A stretch of 64,000 nt of DNA, taken from NCBI GenBank assembly GCA_003141835.1, contig PLNR01000002.1, positions 14,026 through 78,025 of the forward strand, written 5' to 3'. The translations under genes were made by a program, and so were the position numbers. The stretch is from Candidatus Omnitrophota bacterium. Lineage in GTDB: Bacteria > Omnitrophota > Gorgyraeia > Pluralincolimonadales > Pluralincolimonadaceae. A model generated the notes under the pieces. It saw only the letters and a list, made by a program, of their open reading frames with translations. It was not told the DNA's origin and ran no database searches. Shown piece after piece: positions 8,186-16,448 of this stretch (the first letter of the stretch is position 1; each line of letters begins with the position of its first letter).

Positions 8186-8280
8186 TAGCGAACCTCAATG
8201 TTTTGAACTAATTACCAACATTACACCGGTTCGCTATTGTCAAGGAGCTATCCGTCTGGAAAGCCAAGCGGTGAGTGTAT

Positions 8281-8309
8281 AAATTACCATAATTCCCAGG
8301 GGGTGTCAA
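8281..8309 (-). promoter_or_regulatory. Sigma70 promoter for the endonuclease-tRNA-Val-tRNA-Asp unit
   Basis: TTGACA-17 nt-TAATTT with TG extended -10. Confidence 0.6.
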
Positions 8310-8310
8310 C

Positions 8311-8334
8311 CCCGCACTTTTGACAAAGTGCGGG
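8311..8334. terminator. Perfect 10-bp hairpin after the M48 gene (possible terminator)
   Basis: CCCGCACTTT-TGAC-AAAGTGCGGG, 9 nt after the stop at 8344; no clear U-tract. Confidence 0.5.
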
Positions 8335-8343
8335 ACTTCGGCG

Positions 8344-9480
8344 CTACGCGCCTTGCCGCAATATCTTGTATGATTCCGCCGCCTTCAAACGCTTGCCTAT
8401 CGGCGGGTGGTCGTAGAGGAATATCTCGATGAGCCGGTTCGGCTCCCTGTCGGCGAGGTTCTGGTCGCCGAGCTTGCCCATCATCGAGATGAAAGCATCC
8501 GGATTACCTATCATTTCGAGGGCAAAACGGTCCGCCTCCCGCTCGAATTTCCTGCTCAGGCCGTTCTGGACCGGCATCATTATTAGCGCGAAGAAGAAAA
8601 ATATCAGTAAAAGGAACGGGAACCCCGCCAGGTCGGATACCCCGCGCAGGTTCAGGCGCCACGAGAGGGCGTTGAAGACCAGGCTCGCTATATAGAACCC
8701 GATGAAGTTCGCCGCCGCGCCGAATACAAGCAGCTTCATTATATGGCCCTTCTTGTGGTGCCCCAGCTCGTGGGCGAGGACCGCTTCTATCTCGTCGTGG
8801 CTGTATTCCTTGAGCATCGTATCGCCCAAGAGTACCCTCCTCGTCTTCCCGAGGCCTGCCAAAGCCGCGTTCGCCTTGACCGTCTTCTTGCTCAGGTCTA
8901 TTTCGAAGACGCCGTTGACCTTCGAGCCGCATTTCTCCGCGAGGTTCATCAGGCGCGCGCGCAGGTCATCGTCGGCAAGCGGTTTTACCTTGAAAAAAAG
9001 CGGCAGGATGACGACCGGGGCTACCCTGCTCAAGACTATCGTGAAGATTATCCAGAAGATGGCGGTCCATATCCACCACGTCGCGGCGAAATTCCGCAGG
9101 AAGAGGTAAAGCACCTGGATGAGGATGAAGAATATCGTCCCGCCGACTAGCAATTTCTTGGAATAATCGAGGAGCCACCCGGAGAACGCCTGCGTCGAGA
9201 GCGAGAATTTTTTTTCCAGCGAGAAACCCTGGTACATATCAAGGGTGAACGTCACGGCCGCGTATACCGCCGCGAATACGAGGAAATAGACGGTAGTTTG
9301 GACCCACGGGTTGCGCGAGGAAGCCTCGGCAAAATTGCGTATCCACACGGACGGGCCCTGCGTGGCCATTATATAGAGGAACAAAAGCGTCAGGACCAGC
9401 TCGACGCCGAACAGGATGTTCTTTATCTGCGAGTATTTTTTCGCCTCGCCTGACCCGCTTCCTGAAAACCGTTCTATCAT
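8344..9480 (-). CDS. M48 family (Ste24-like) membrane zinc metalloprotease
   Basis: ANAALAG, LGDTML, VLAHELGHH (HExxH), SRKFEREAD, YDHPP; N-terminal TM domain. Confidence 0.92.
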   Translation of the reverse strand: MIERFSGSGSGEAKKYSQIKNILFGVELVLTLLFLYIMATQGPSVWIRNFAEASSRNPWVQTTVYFLVFAAVYAAVTFTLDMYQGFSLEKKFSLSTQAFSGWLLDYSKKLLVGGTIFFILIQVLYLFLRNFAATWWIWTAIFWIIFTIVLSRVAPVVILPLFFKVKPLADDDLRARLMNLAEKCGSKVNGVFEIDLSKKTVKANAALAGLGKTRRVLLGDTMLKEYSHDEIEAVLAHELGHHKKGHIMKLLVFGAAANFIGFYIASLVFNALSWRLNLRGVSDLAGFPFLLLIFFFFALIMMPVQNGLSRKFEREADRFALEMIGNPDAFISMMGKLGDQNLADREPNRLIEIFLYDHPPIGKRLKAAESYKILRQGA

Positions 9481-10007
9481 TTCGAATGCTGCAGGTATAT
9501 CTTGCGGATCTCGTTAAAGATGTCGACGTATTCCTTCGTCTGGTAATCGCGGTACGTCCATTCCCACGGCTGGAACGACCTGTCGATGAAGCGGAGGGTT
9601 ATCTCGGCGAAGACGCCTCCGTAGAGGTATACCCTGTGCGCGTTGTCCTTGGTCGTGGCGAGGATAAGTTTCGCGTCGGTGATGTATCCGGGGTCGATGT
9701 TTATCCTGCGCGACGGCTTGCCGCGCTCCCTGCTCTTCCCCAGCTCAAGCTTGTTCGTGTAATGTTTTATCTTCGGCAGGACCTCGGGATTGACGAGTTT
9801 CCTGAAGGAAATGAACTGCCTCTTCAAATTCTGCCCCATCTCAGGCGCGTAATAATCCGTATACGCGAAATCCAGCAATGAGGTCCTGAAATCTATCTTC
9901 CCGAATTTCCACTCCAGTGTCTTCTCCATCTTCATTATCAGGTCCGGGTCGTTCGATATCATCCCGATGATGAGCTTGACCGGCTTATGCTGCTTTGCTA
10001 CTCCCAT
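9477..10007 (-). CDS. DUF4416 family protein
   Basis: TDYYAPEMG, RRINIDPGY, LATTK, HRVYL, WTYRDY. Confidence 0.8.
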   Translation of the reverse strand: MGVAKQHKPVKLIIGMISNDPDLIMKMEKTLEWKFGKIDFRTSLLDFAYTDYYAPEMGQNLKRQFISFRKLVNPEVLPKIKHYTNKLELGKSRERGKPSRRINIDPGYITDAKLILATTKDNAHRVYLYGGVFAEITLRFIDRSFQPWEWTYRDYQTKEYVDIFNEIRKIYLQHSK

Positions 10008-10022
10008 TTAATCCTCCTGAAT

Positions 10023-10048
10023 TAGATTCCCGCTTGCGCGGGAATGAC
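10023..10048. repeat. REP-like palindromic element (GTCATTCCCGC...GCGGGAATC type)
   Basis: Minus strand GTCATTCCCGCGCAAGCGGGAATCTA fills the short intergenic gap; single copy seen in the window. Confidence 0.65.
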
Positions 10049-10051
10049 AAA

Positions 10052-10732
10052 TTATTTACCTTTGCACGTCTTTACGCAGATCCCGCAGATCGAATGGCCT
10101 ATTCCCGCCTTGTTGGCAAAGGCTTTCAACAGTTCGCGGCAGGCTTCCAGGTCCATATCTTTCGCGTCTTTTTTTATGGCTTTGGCCGGGCAGGCGGCGA
10201 CGCACGCGGCGCACTCGCCGCAGGTAATATCCACCGGCTTGTCTAATTTGAGGGGCATATCGGTGAGGACCGTCGCGTACCTTACCGCCGCGCCGTATTC
10301 CGGGTTGATGAGCAGGCCCGAGCGGCCTATGAACCCGTTCCCTGCAAGGCGGCCGATCTCCTTGTGCGAGAGCGCCCCGCGCATCATGCCCCAATCCTCG
10401 ACGTAGCTCGCCGGGATCGGCAGCGCGGAATAGCCGCCCTTCTGGATATGATTTGACAGCTTAAGGGCTATCTCGTCGACCAGCGAGTTGACCCTTTTGT
10501 AATGGAAGGCGTAGATCTTTGACGGCTTATTCGCGATAGTCTCGATTATCCTGCCTGCGAGGCGCACGCCTATCGAGACGCCGTAATCGAGCCCGCTAAG
10601 GACGGATTTCGGCTCGACAAAAAATCCGTCTTTTATCAACGACACGTCGGCAACGCCGAAGAGCGAAGCGCCTTCGGCCTCGGCGGCTGCTTTCAATTTT
10701 TCGTAATTACTTAAAGAGTCTGTTGCCTGCAT
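10052..10732 (-). CDS. Epoxyqueuosine reductase-like 4Fe-4S protein
   Basis: LFGVAD, LSHKEIGRLAGNGFIGRSGLLINPEYG, VLTD, CGECAACVAACP, CGICVKTC; start approximate. Confidence 0.8.
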   Translation of the reverse strand: MQATDSLSNYEKLKAAAEAEGASLFGVADVSLIKDGFFVEPKSVLSGLDYGVSIGVRLAGRIIETIANKPSKIYAFHYKRVNSLVDEIALKLSNHIQKGGYSALPIPASYVEDWGMMRGALSHKEIGRLAGNGFIGRSGLLINPEYGAAVRYATVLTDMPLKLDKPVDITCGECAACVAACPAKAIKKDAKDMDLEACRELLKAFANKAGIGHSICGICVKTCKGK

Positions 10733-11480
10733 CTGATAATATCTCAAGGTCCTTATAATCGGTCATGTCATAGTGCAGCGGCGTTATCGAGATGTAGCCG
10801 TCGCGGACCGCGACCGCGTCTACGAGCCCGTCGCCTTTTACCTGCGCCCTGTAACTGCACAGCCAGTAATACAGGTGCCCGTTCGGGTCCTCGCGCCTGT
10901 CGTAATCTTCCTTGTAAAAGGTAGACATCCCCTGCCGCGTTATCTTTACGCCCTTTATCTTCGCCTTCGGCAGCGCCGGGACGTTGACGTTGAGCAGCGT
11001 ATTGACCGGAAGCTTCTTTTCGAGCATGAGTTTTGCCAACTTATGCGAAAAATCGACCGCCGCCTCGAACTTCTCCCATCTAAACGACGCCAGCGACACG
11101 GCGAACGACGGCACGCCGAGTATCGCCCCCTCTGTCGCGCCTGAGACCGTCCCGGAATATAAGACGTTTATCCCGAGGTTAGGCCCGCGGTTGATGCCTG
11201 ATATGATGAGGTCCGGCTTTTTCTTCTTCATTATGTTCATCAGCCCGATCTTTACGCAGTCGGCAGGCGTACCGGATATTGCGTATCCGAAATATTTCCC
11301 GTCGCGGCGCGCCTCGTTCACTCGGAGCGGCACAGAGAGTGTTATCGCGTGCCCCTGCGCCGAGCGCTCGGCGTCAGGCGCCACGACAGTCACTTCAGCT
11401 ATCGACCTTAATTTCTTGTACAGGGCCGATATCCCGGCTGAATATGTCCCGTCATCGTTGGTAAGCAGTATTCTCTTCAT
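10707..11480 (-). CDS. surE: 5'/3'-nucleotidase SurE
   Basis: RILLTNDDG, VVAP, GTPADCV, SGINRGPN, YSGTV, ISITPL. Confidence 0.95.
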   Translation of the reverse strand: MKRILLTNDDGTYSAGISALYKKLRSIAEVTVVAPDAERSAQGHAITLSVPLRVNEARRDGKYFGYAISGTPADCVKIGLMNIMKKKKPDLIISGINRGPNLGINVLYSGTVSGATEGAILGVPSFAVSLASFRWEKFEAAVDFSHKLAKLMLEKKLPVNTLLNVNVPALPKAKIKGVKITRQGMSTFYKEDYDRREDPNGHLYYWLCSYRAQVKGDGLVDAVAVRDGYISITPLHYDMTDYKDLEILSDAGNRLFK

Positions 11481-12550
11481 TTCATCTCTACCAATTCGTA
11501 ATCCATGCTCCCGAGGCCTATCTTCTTGCCGTACCTGAGCTGCGCCTCCCAATCGATATGCGGCCATATCTTTTTGAAAGCATCAGCTTTGAAGGCGCCG
11601 TTCACGACGTCGGCTGAGGCTTTGTCTATCGCGACCGGGTCTGTCGAGGCGAATATCCCGACGTCAGGCGCTACTGCCGGGTCGTCCTGGGCGAGGCAGT
11701 CGCATTCCTTCGTTATCTTCATCGCGTAACTCAGGAATAATATCTTCCCCTCTTTATCCTTCATCACGCCGAGCGCGAATTCGGCCATCTTCTCCTGCAC
11801 GTTATTGCTCGATTCGCCCCATGATATGTCGATGGCATCGCTTCTGCATGCCACGAGGCAGTCGGCGCAGCCGATGCATTTTTTTTCGTCTATATATGCG
11901 GTCCCGCCTTTCATCTCTATCGCCCCGGTCGGGCAATGGATGACGCACAATCCGCAGCCGATGCAGGCTTTCGCGTTGATAGTCGGCTTTATCGCAGAAT
12001 GCTGCATCAGTTTCCCGGCGCGCGTCGCGAAGCCCATTCCTATATTTTTCACCGCAGAGGCGAAACCCGTGACCATATGGCCCGTGACGTGCGAGAGGAC
12101 AACGACAGCGTCCGCGTCTGCGCACGCCTTCGCTATCTTCACGGATTTAAAATGTTTCCCGTTTATCTTCACCTCAAAATCTTCGCCCGACCTCAGCCCG
12201 TCCGCGATGACGACCGGCGCGCCGCAGATCTCCCGGGTATACCCGTGATCGAAAGCGATATTCGTGTGGTCGACCGCGTTCGACCTCGACCCTTTATACA
12301 GCGTATTCGAGTCGGTAAAGAACGGTTTGCCTTTGAGCGCCGATATCTCGTCGACGACAAACCTCGCGTGGCGCGCGTCGACGTGTCCGGTGTTGCCTTT
12401 GTCGCCGAAAGTCAATTTTATTGCGGTGAGCGCGTCTTTTTTGACTATATTCCTTAGGCCGGCCCTCTCCAGCAGCCAGCACGTCTTTTCGCGCATCGAA
12501 TCGAGCGGTTCGTCCCTTTTAGCTTTTACAAAAAATACCTTGGATTTCAC
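11477..12550 (-). CDS. DUF362 Fe-S protein with ferredoxin insert
   Basis: DSNTLY.GSR.NA, KNIGMG, two CxxCxxCxxxC motifs, CDC, STDPVAID. Confidence 0.88.
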   Translation of the reverse strand: MKSKVFFVKAKRDEPLDSMREKTCWLLERAGLRNIVKKDALTAIKLTFGDKGNTGHVDARHARFVVDEISALKGKPFFTDSNTLYKGSRSNAVDHTNIAFDHGYTREICGAPVVIADGLRSGEDFEVKINGKHFKSVKIAKACADADAVVVLSHVTGHMVTGFASAVKNIGMGFATRAGKLMQHSAIKPTINAKACIGCGLCVIHCPTGAIEMKGGTAYIDEKKCIGCADCLVACRSDAIDISWGESSNNVQEKMAEFALGVMKDKEGKILFLSYAMKITKECDCLAQDDPAVAPDVGIFASTDPVAIDKASADVVNGAFKADAFKKIWPHIDWEAQLRYGKKIGLGSMDYELVEMK

Positions 12551-13038
12551 ACGAGCTCCACTATTTTCGCTTCCATCGTCTTCAAGTCTACTATCGCGAC
12601 CGTCGATTTGCCGGTCGTCCAGCCGCCGGTCTCGCCGGGGTTGACCAAAAGGGCGTTTCCTACCTTCTTTATCTCGGGCTTGTGCGTGTGGCCGTAGATA
12701 AGGAGATGCAATTCCTGGTTCTCTATCAGGCCCATGATACCGGGGACGTCCTCTATCTCATGGGTAATTATCATCTTTATGTTCGAAAGGTCATACCTGT
12801 AAGGATGGTCTACTATCAGGCCGTTCGACTTGATGGACAGGGCCTTTTTGTCGCCGTCGTTATTCCCGTAGACTCCCAGCCATTTGCATTTCAATTTGTC
12901 GAGTGGCGTGAGCGCGAACGGCGCGCAATAGTCGCCGGCATGGATGACCAGGTCGCATCCTTCCGCGTTGAATACCTCTACCGCCTTCCTCACCATAGGC
13001 ACGTTGTCATGCGAATCAGCCATCACTCCGAGCTTCAT
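12547..13038 (-). CDS. YfcE-like metallophosphoesterase
   Basis: DSH, HAGD, GNND, YGHTH, NPGE. Confidence 0.9.
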   Translation of the reverse strand: MKLGVMADSHDNVPMVRKAVEVFNAEGCDLVIHAGDYCAPFALTPLDKLKCKWLGVYGNNDGDKKALSIKSNGLIVDHPYRYDLSNIKMIITHEIEDVPGIMGLIENQELHLLIYGHTHKPEIKKVGNALLVNPGETGGWTTGKSTVAIVDLKTMEAKIVELV

Positions 13039-13051
13039 CCATTCCTCCGTA

Positions 13052-13714
13052 TTATTTTAACATTATCACCGAGAGCATCCTCCCGGCCTTTTCTTTTTCT
13101 TTCCTGAATGAGAAGAATTCGCCGTTCCTGCAGGCGGTGCATATCCCGCAGTCGAAAATATTTTTCGCGCTTATGCCGGCAGCTATAAGCTGCATGGCAT
13201 TCTCACCTACCAGGTCAAAATAATGCTTATGCGCCATTTTAACAACCGAATCGGGAAAATGCACCAAAAATTCGCTGTTCACTTCGTAACAGCACTGCCT
13301 GAGCGCCGGCCCCATCCCGACAAGCAGCCTTGACGGGGCTGACTTGTAATTCGCCTTCATCGCTTCGACGACGTTATTGGATATCCTCTCCTTCGTGCTC
13401 TTCCATCCCGCGTGTGCGATGCCACAGCAATGGTGCTCGGGGTCGTAGAAGAGTATCGGCAGGCAATCCGCCGTCCTGACGGACAACGCTATCCCTTTCA
13501 CGTTCGTTATCGCCCCGTCGGCCCCGGCGATCTCCCCTGACAAGTCGGTCTTTGCGTCTATCTTCACGACCTTCCCGCCGTGCACCTGTTCAAGGCGCGC
13601 GAGTCCCTCGGGGACGATCCCCAGCCTCTTGAGGAAATCCCCATGGCTTATCTTCCGGTCGGAGATGCCGTGCAAGACAGGAAAATTTTCCAGTTCCTTA
13701 AGCGCTATTATCAT
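13052..13714 (-). CDS. pgeF: YfiH/PgeF family purine nucleoside phosphorylase-like protein
   Basis: QVHG, ADG, TADCLP, HAGW, CCYEV, CTAC, FFSFR. Confidence 0.9.
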   Translation of the reverse strand: MIIALKELENFPVLHGISDRKISHGDFLKRLGIVPEGLARLEQVHGGKVVKIDAKTDLSGEIAGADGAITNVKGIALSVRTADCLPILFYDPEHHCCGIAHAGWKSTKERISNNVVEAMKANYKSAPSRLLVGMGPALRQCCYEVNSEFLVHFPDSVVKMAHKHYFDLVGENAMQLIAAGISAKNIFDCGICTACRNGEFFSFRKEKEKAGRMLSVIMLK

Positions 13715-15657
13715 CAGAACGGCAGTCCCACGTCGAACATGAATCTCGGCACCTGGCTCTCCTTGTTCGTATTAAGCGGATAGGCGAGGTCGAAGCGCAG
13801 GACGGTCCATTTCGTCCTGAAGCGGATCCCGCCGCCGATGGAATTCTGGAGCTCGGCCGGGAAGCGCACTTTGTTAAAGCTTCTCCAATCCCCGCCCACA
13901 TCATAAAATATTGCGCCGTTGAACCATCTGTATATTGGGAACCTCATCTCCGCGTTGCCCAGCAGCATCACCGTGCCCCACAACGGCCTGTTGTCAGCGT
14001 CCTTGGGCCCTATTGAGTTGACTTTATACCCGCGCACCGTATCTATGCCTCCCAGCATGAACCTTTCGAAGAACGGGACGTCTTTCGCTTCGCCGTACGT
14101 GTCCATCCATCCGCCCATGCCCCTGAGCGCGAAAGTTATCTTCGGGTAAGGCAGGGTGAAATACCATCTCCCCTCGCCTGTGGCCCTCATGAAATTATAA
14201 TCGCCTCCGAGGCCCTTCGCTGCGACGCCGAAGCCGGCGTGGTAATACGAGCCGTCCGTAGGGTAGAGCTTATCGTCAAATGTATTCCTCTCCCAATGGA
14301 AAGAGAGCGTCGATACGCTGCTTTTGCCTTTGTTGAGCTGGAATTCCTGGGGAGCCGAAACAGGCACCTCATCGACATTCACGGCCTCGTATGTATATTT
14401 TAGGAACCCGTGGGTATGCTCGGTAATGCGGCCCCCGAATATGATGTCCCCGCCGGCATCGCGCATGCGGTGGCGGTCATCCTCGGATGCGCGCCAGAGC
14501 GCCTCGGCCCCGCCGAAATATCCCGTGCCGAGAAGGTCTTCCCTGATGACGCCTGCGCTGATGTCCCTGTACCTGTTGTTAGTGCCGACCTTTATCTTGT
14601 AGTTTGTCTCATTGCCGATGTATTTCCCCGCGTCTATCGAAAAATTCGATACCGGGGATTCGGGATAGTACGACGGCCCGATCCTTTTGGCTTTTTCCCT
14701 GTCTACCAGCTCGGCGTAAAAGAATTGGAATGTCTTTATTTTAGCGTAGCCCATCGTGAAGAGCGAAGTGAAATGGCCCGACGGTATCCAGATTATCTCC
14801 GGTTTGTTAAGCGCCTGCCACAACTGGTCGGTGCTCTCGCGCGGGATCGCGGTATCGAAATACGCGTTCACCATCAGGACGGGCTTTCCCTTGCACCTGT
14901 CCGCGAAAGCCAGCGGGTCTATTATCCATAACCTCTTCTCCAGTTCCTGCTCTGAAGCTATTCCTTCCTCTTCCAGGCATTTCTTGAAAGTCTTTGTCGT
15001 GAAGCTGTTCCATACTATCTTGCCCATATTGCCGCCGCCGAGGATTATGGCCATCGAGCACGGCCTTTGGTCCACCCCTGTGACGATCGGCACCATTATC
15101 CCGCCCAGGCTCAGGCCCATTATGCCGATCTTGTCCTTTTCCACTTTGGGTTGCGCCTCAAGCCAGTCTATCCCGCGCCGCGCCTCGATGACTATCTGCC
15201 GGAATAGCTGGACTATCGCGTCCGAGCCGCATTGTTTGATATTCGCGTCGAGCCATTCGCGGCTGAATTTATAATCCTTCTGATACGCGGTCTGGACCAG
15301 CAATACCGCTATGCCGTTGGAGGCGAGGTCGCGGCAAAAATCCCCTTCGATCTGCGGCACTCCCCCGGCTATATGGCTCAGGAATATTACCGCCGGATAT
15401 TTTTCCTTGCCCTTCGGCTCATAAAAATCCAGGTATACCGTATTGTTAGGGTAATCGGTCTGCAGGGCCGAGGGATAACTGAAAGAGTAATGCTCGTATT
15501 CGCCGGTCTTCTCTTTCGATTCGAGCGTGCAAACAGGTACGCCTTTTGGATAATCGTAGAATTTGGCCGGATCAGCCTCTTCTCCGCGTGCCGGGGTGGA
15601 AAAAACCGGGCTCCCGGTGAAAAACATCACGAGAAAGAACGCGAACCGCCATTTCAT
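13714..15657 (-). CDS. Alpha/beta-hydrolase fused to an Omp85 (BamA/TamA-type) beta-barrel
   Basis: Signal peptide; GLSLGG nucleophile, D(TAIP), SGH; barrel motifs ERFMLGG.DTVRGY, AEMRFP, FYDVG, GGGIR, terminal F; start at ATGA overlap. Confidence 0.85.
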   Translation of the reverse strand: MKWRFAFFLVMFFTGSPVFSTPARGEEADPAKFYDYPKGVPVCTLESKEKTGEYEHYSFSYPSALQTDYPNNTVYLDFYEPKGKEKYPAVIFLSHIAGGVPQIEGDFCRDLASNGIAVLLVQTAYQKDYKFSREWLDANIKQCGSDAIVQLFRQIVIEARRGIDWLEAQPKVEKDKIGIMGLSLGGIMVPIVTGVDQRPCSMAIILGGGNMGKIVWNSFTTKTFKKCLEEEGIASEQELEKRLWIIDPLAFADRCKGKPVLMVNAYFDTAIPRESTDQLWQALNKPEIIWIPSGHFTSLFTMGYAKIKTFQFFYAELVDREKAKRIGPSYYPESPVSNFSIDAGKYIGNETNYKIKVGTNNRYRDISAGVIREDLLGTGYFGGAEALWRASEDDRHRMRDAGGDIIFGGRITEHTHGFLKYTYEAVNVDEVPVSAPQEFQLNKGKSSVSTLSFHWERNTFDDKLYPTDGSYYHAGFGVAAKGLGGDYNFMRATGEGRWYFTLPYPKITFALRGMGGWMDTYGEAKDVPFFERFMLGGIDTVRGYKVNSIGPKDADNRPLWGTVMLLGNAEMRFPIYRWFNGAIFYDVGGDWRSFNKVRFPAELQNSIGGGIRFRTKWTVLRFDLAYPLNTNKESQVPRFMFDVGLPF

Positions 15658-16448
15658 CTTTTTTTCATCCACTTACTGTCTTTTGAGGCGCCCCATTTAG
15701 TACTTTCATTCCGGTCCGGCGCGGCCTCCTTCGTCTCCGACGGCATATCGCCCAGGACCGGCGTGACAAGCGTCGCGGCTATATCGTAGCTGTTGCCCTT
15801 CGGGGTCTTGGTCAGCACGATCAGCTTCTTCCCCCAGTATTCGCGGAGCGGCATAATTATCCTGCCGTTCGGCAGGAGTTGGTTGACCGCCTGCTGCGGC
15901 GCGAAATCTATCGGATTGGTTATAACGATGACATCATAAGGCGCGAATTCCGCCCACCCGGCATCTATCCTGCCGGTCTTTACCTTTATGTTCTTATAAC
16001 CGAGCGCCTTAAGCCTTTCTTCGGCCTGCAGGGCGACCCCTTGCGACGGCTCGACGCAATATACTTCCTTGGAGAGTTCCGCCAGGACAGCGGCCTGGTA
16101 ACCGGATTCTACGCCCAATTCCAGGACCCTCTCTCCCCCTTTAAGCCCGGCCAGTTGGGCGACCAGCGAGACGAAATACGCCGGCGGGACCGCCTCGTCT
16201 CCGCCTATGGGCAGCGATATGTCATCGTAGGCGTATTGCCTCATGCCTTCCGGGACGAACTGGTGCCGCTCTATCCTGCCTATGACATCGAGGATCTTTT
16301 TGTCCTTGATACCGCGCGCTGCGACCTGGGAATCGACCATCATCTGCCGTTGGCGGGCATAATCGGTCCCTTCCGCGGCGCAAACGGAGGACGATACCAG
16401 AAAAACAGAAAGGAAGAACGCGCAGGGCCTTGGCAAACTCATCTTCAC
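15654..16448 (-). CDS. pcm: Protein-L-isoaspartate O-methyltransferase-like protein, exported, with degenerate motifs
   Basis: RQMMVDSQ..RGI, RHQFVP, AY.D..LPIG, VLELG..SGYQAAVLAEL, APYD; N-terminal signal peptide. Confidence 0.75.
   Translation of the reverse strand: MKMSLPRPCAFFLSVFLVSSSVCAAEGTDYARQRQMMVDSQVAARGIKDKKILDVIGRIERHQFVPEGMRQYAYDDISLPIGGDEAVPPAYFVSLVAQLAGLKGGERVLELGVESGYQAAVLAELSKEVYCVEPSQGVALQAEERLKALGYKNIKVKTGRIDAGWAEFAPYDVIVITNPIDFAPQQAVNQLLPNGRIIMPLREYWGKKLIVLTKTPKGNSYDIAATLVTPVLGDMPSETKEAAPDRNESTKWGASKDSKWMKKR

Noticed and set aside
8344-9480. Ste24-like protease as the CaaX-type trimming enzyme for the Cys-motif peptides
   Set aside because: An attractive analogy, but the gene is more than 20 kb away in a housekeeping operon; no sequence evidence links them
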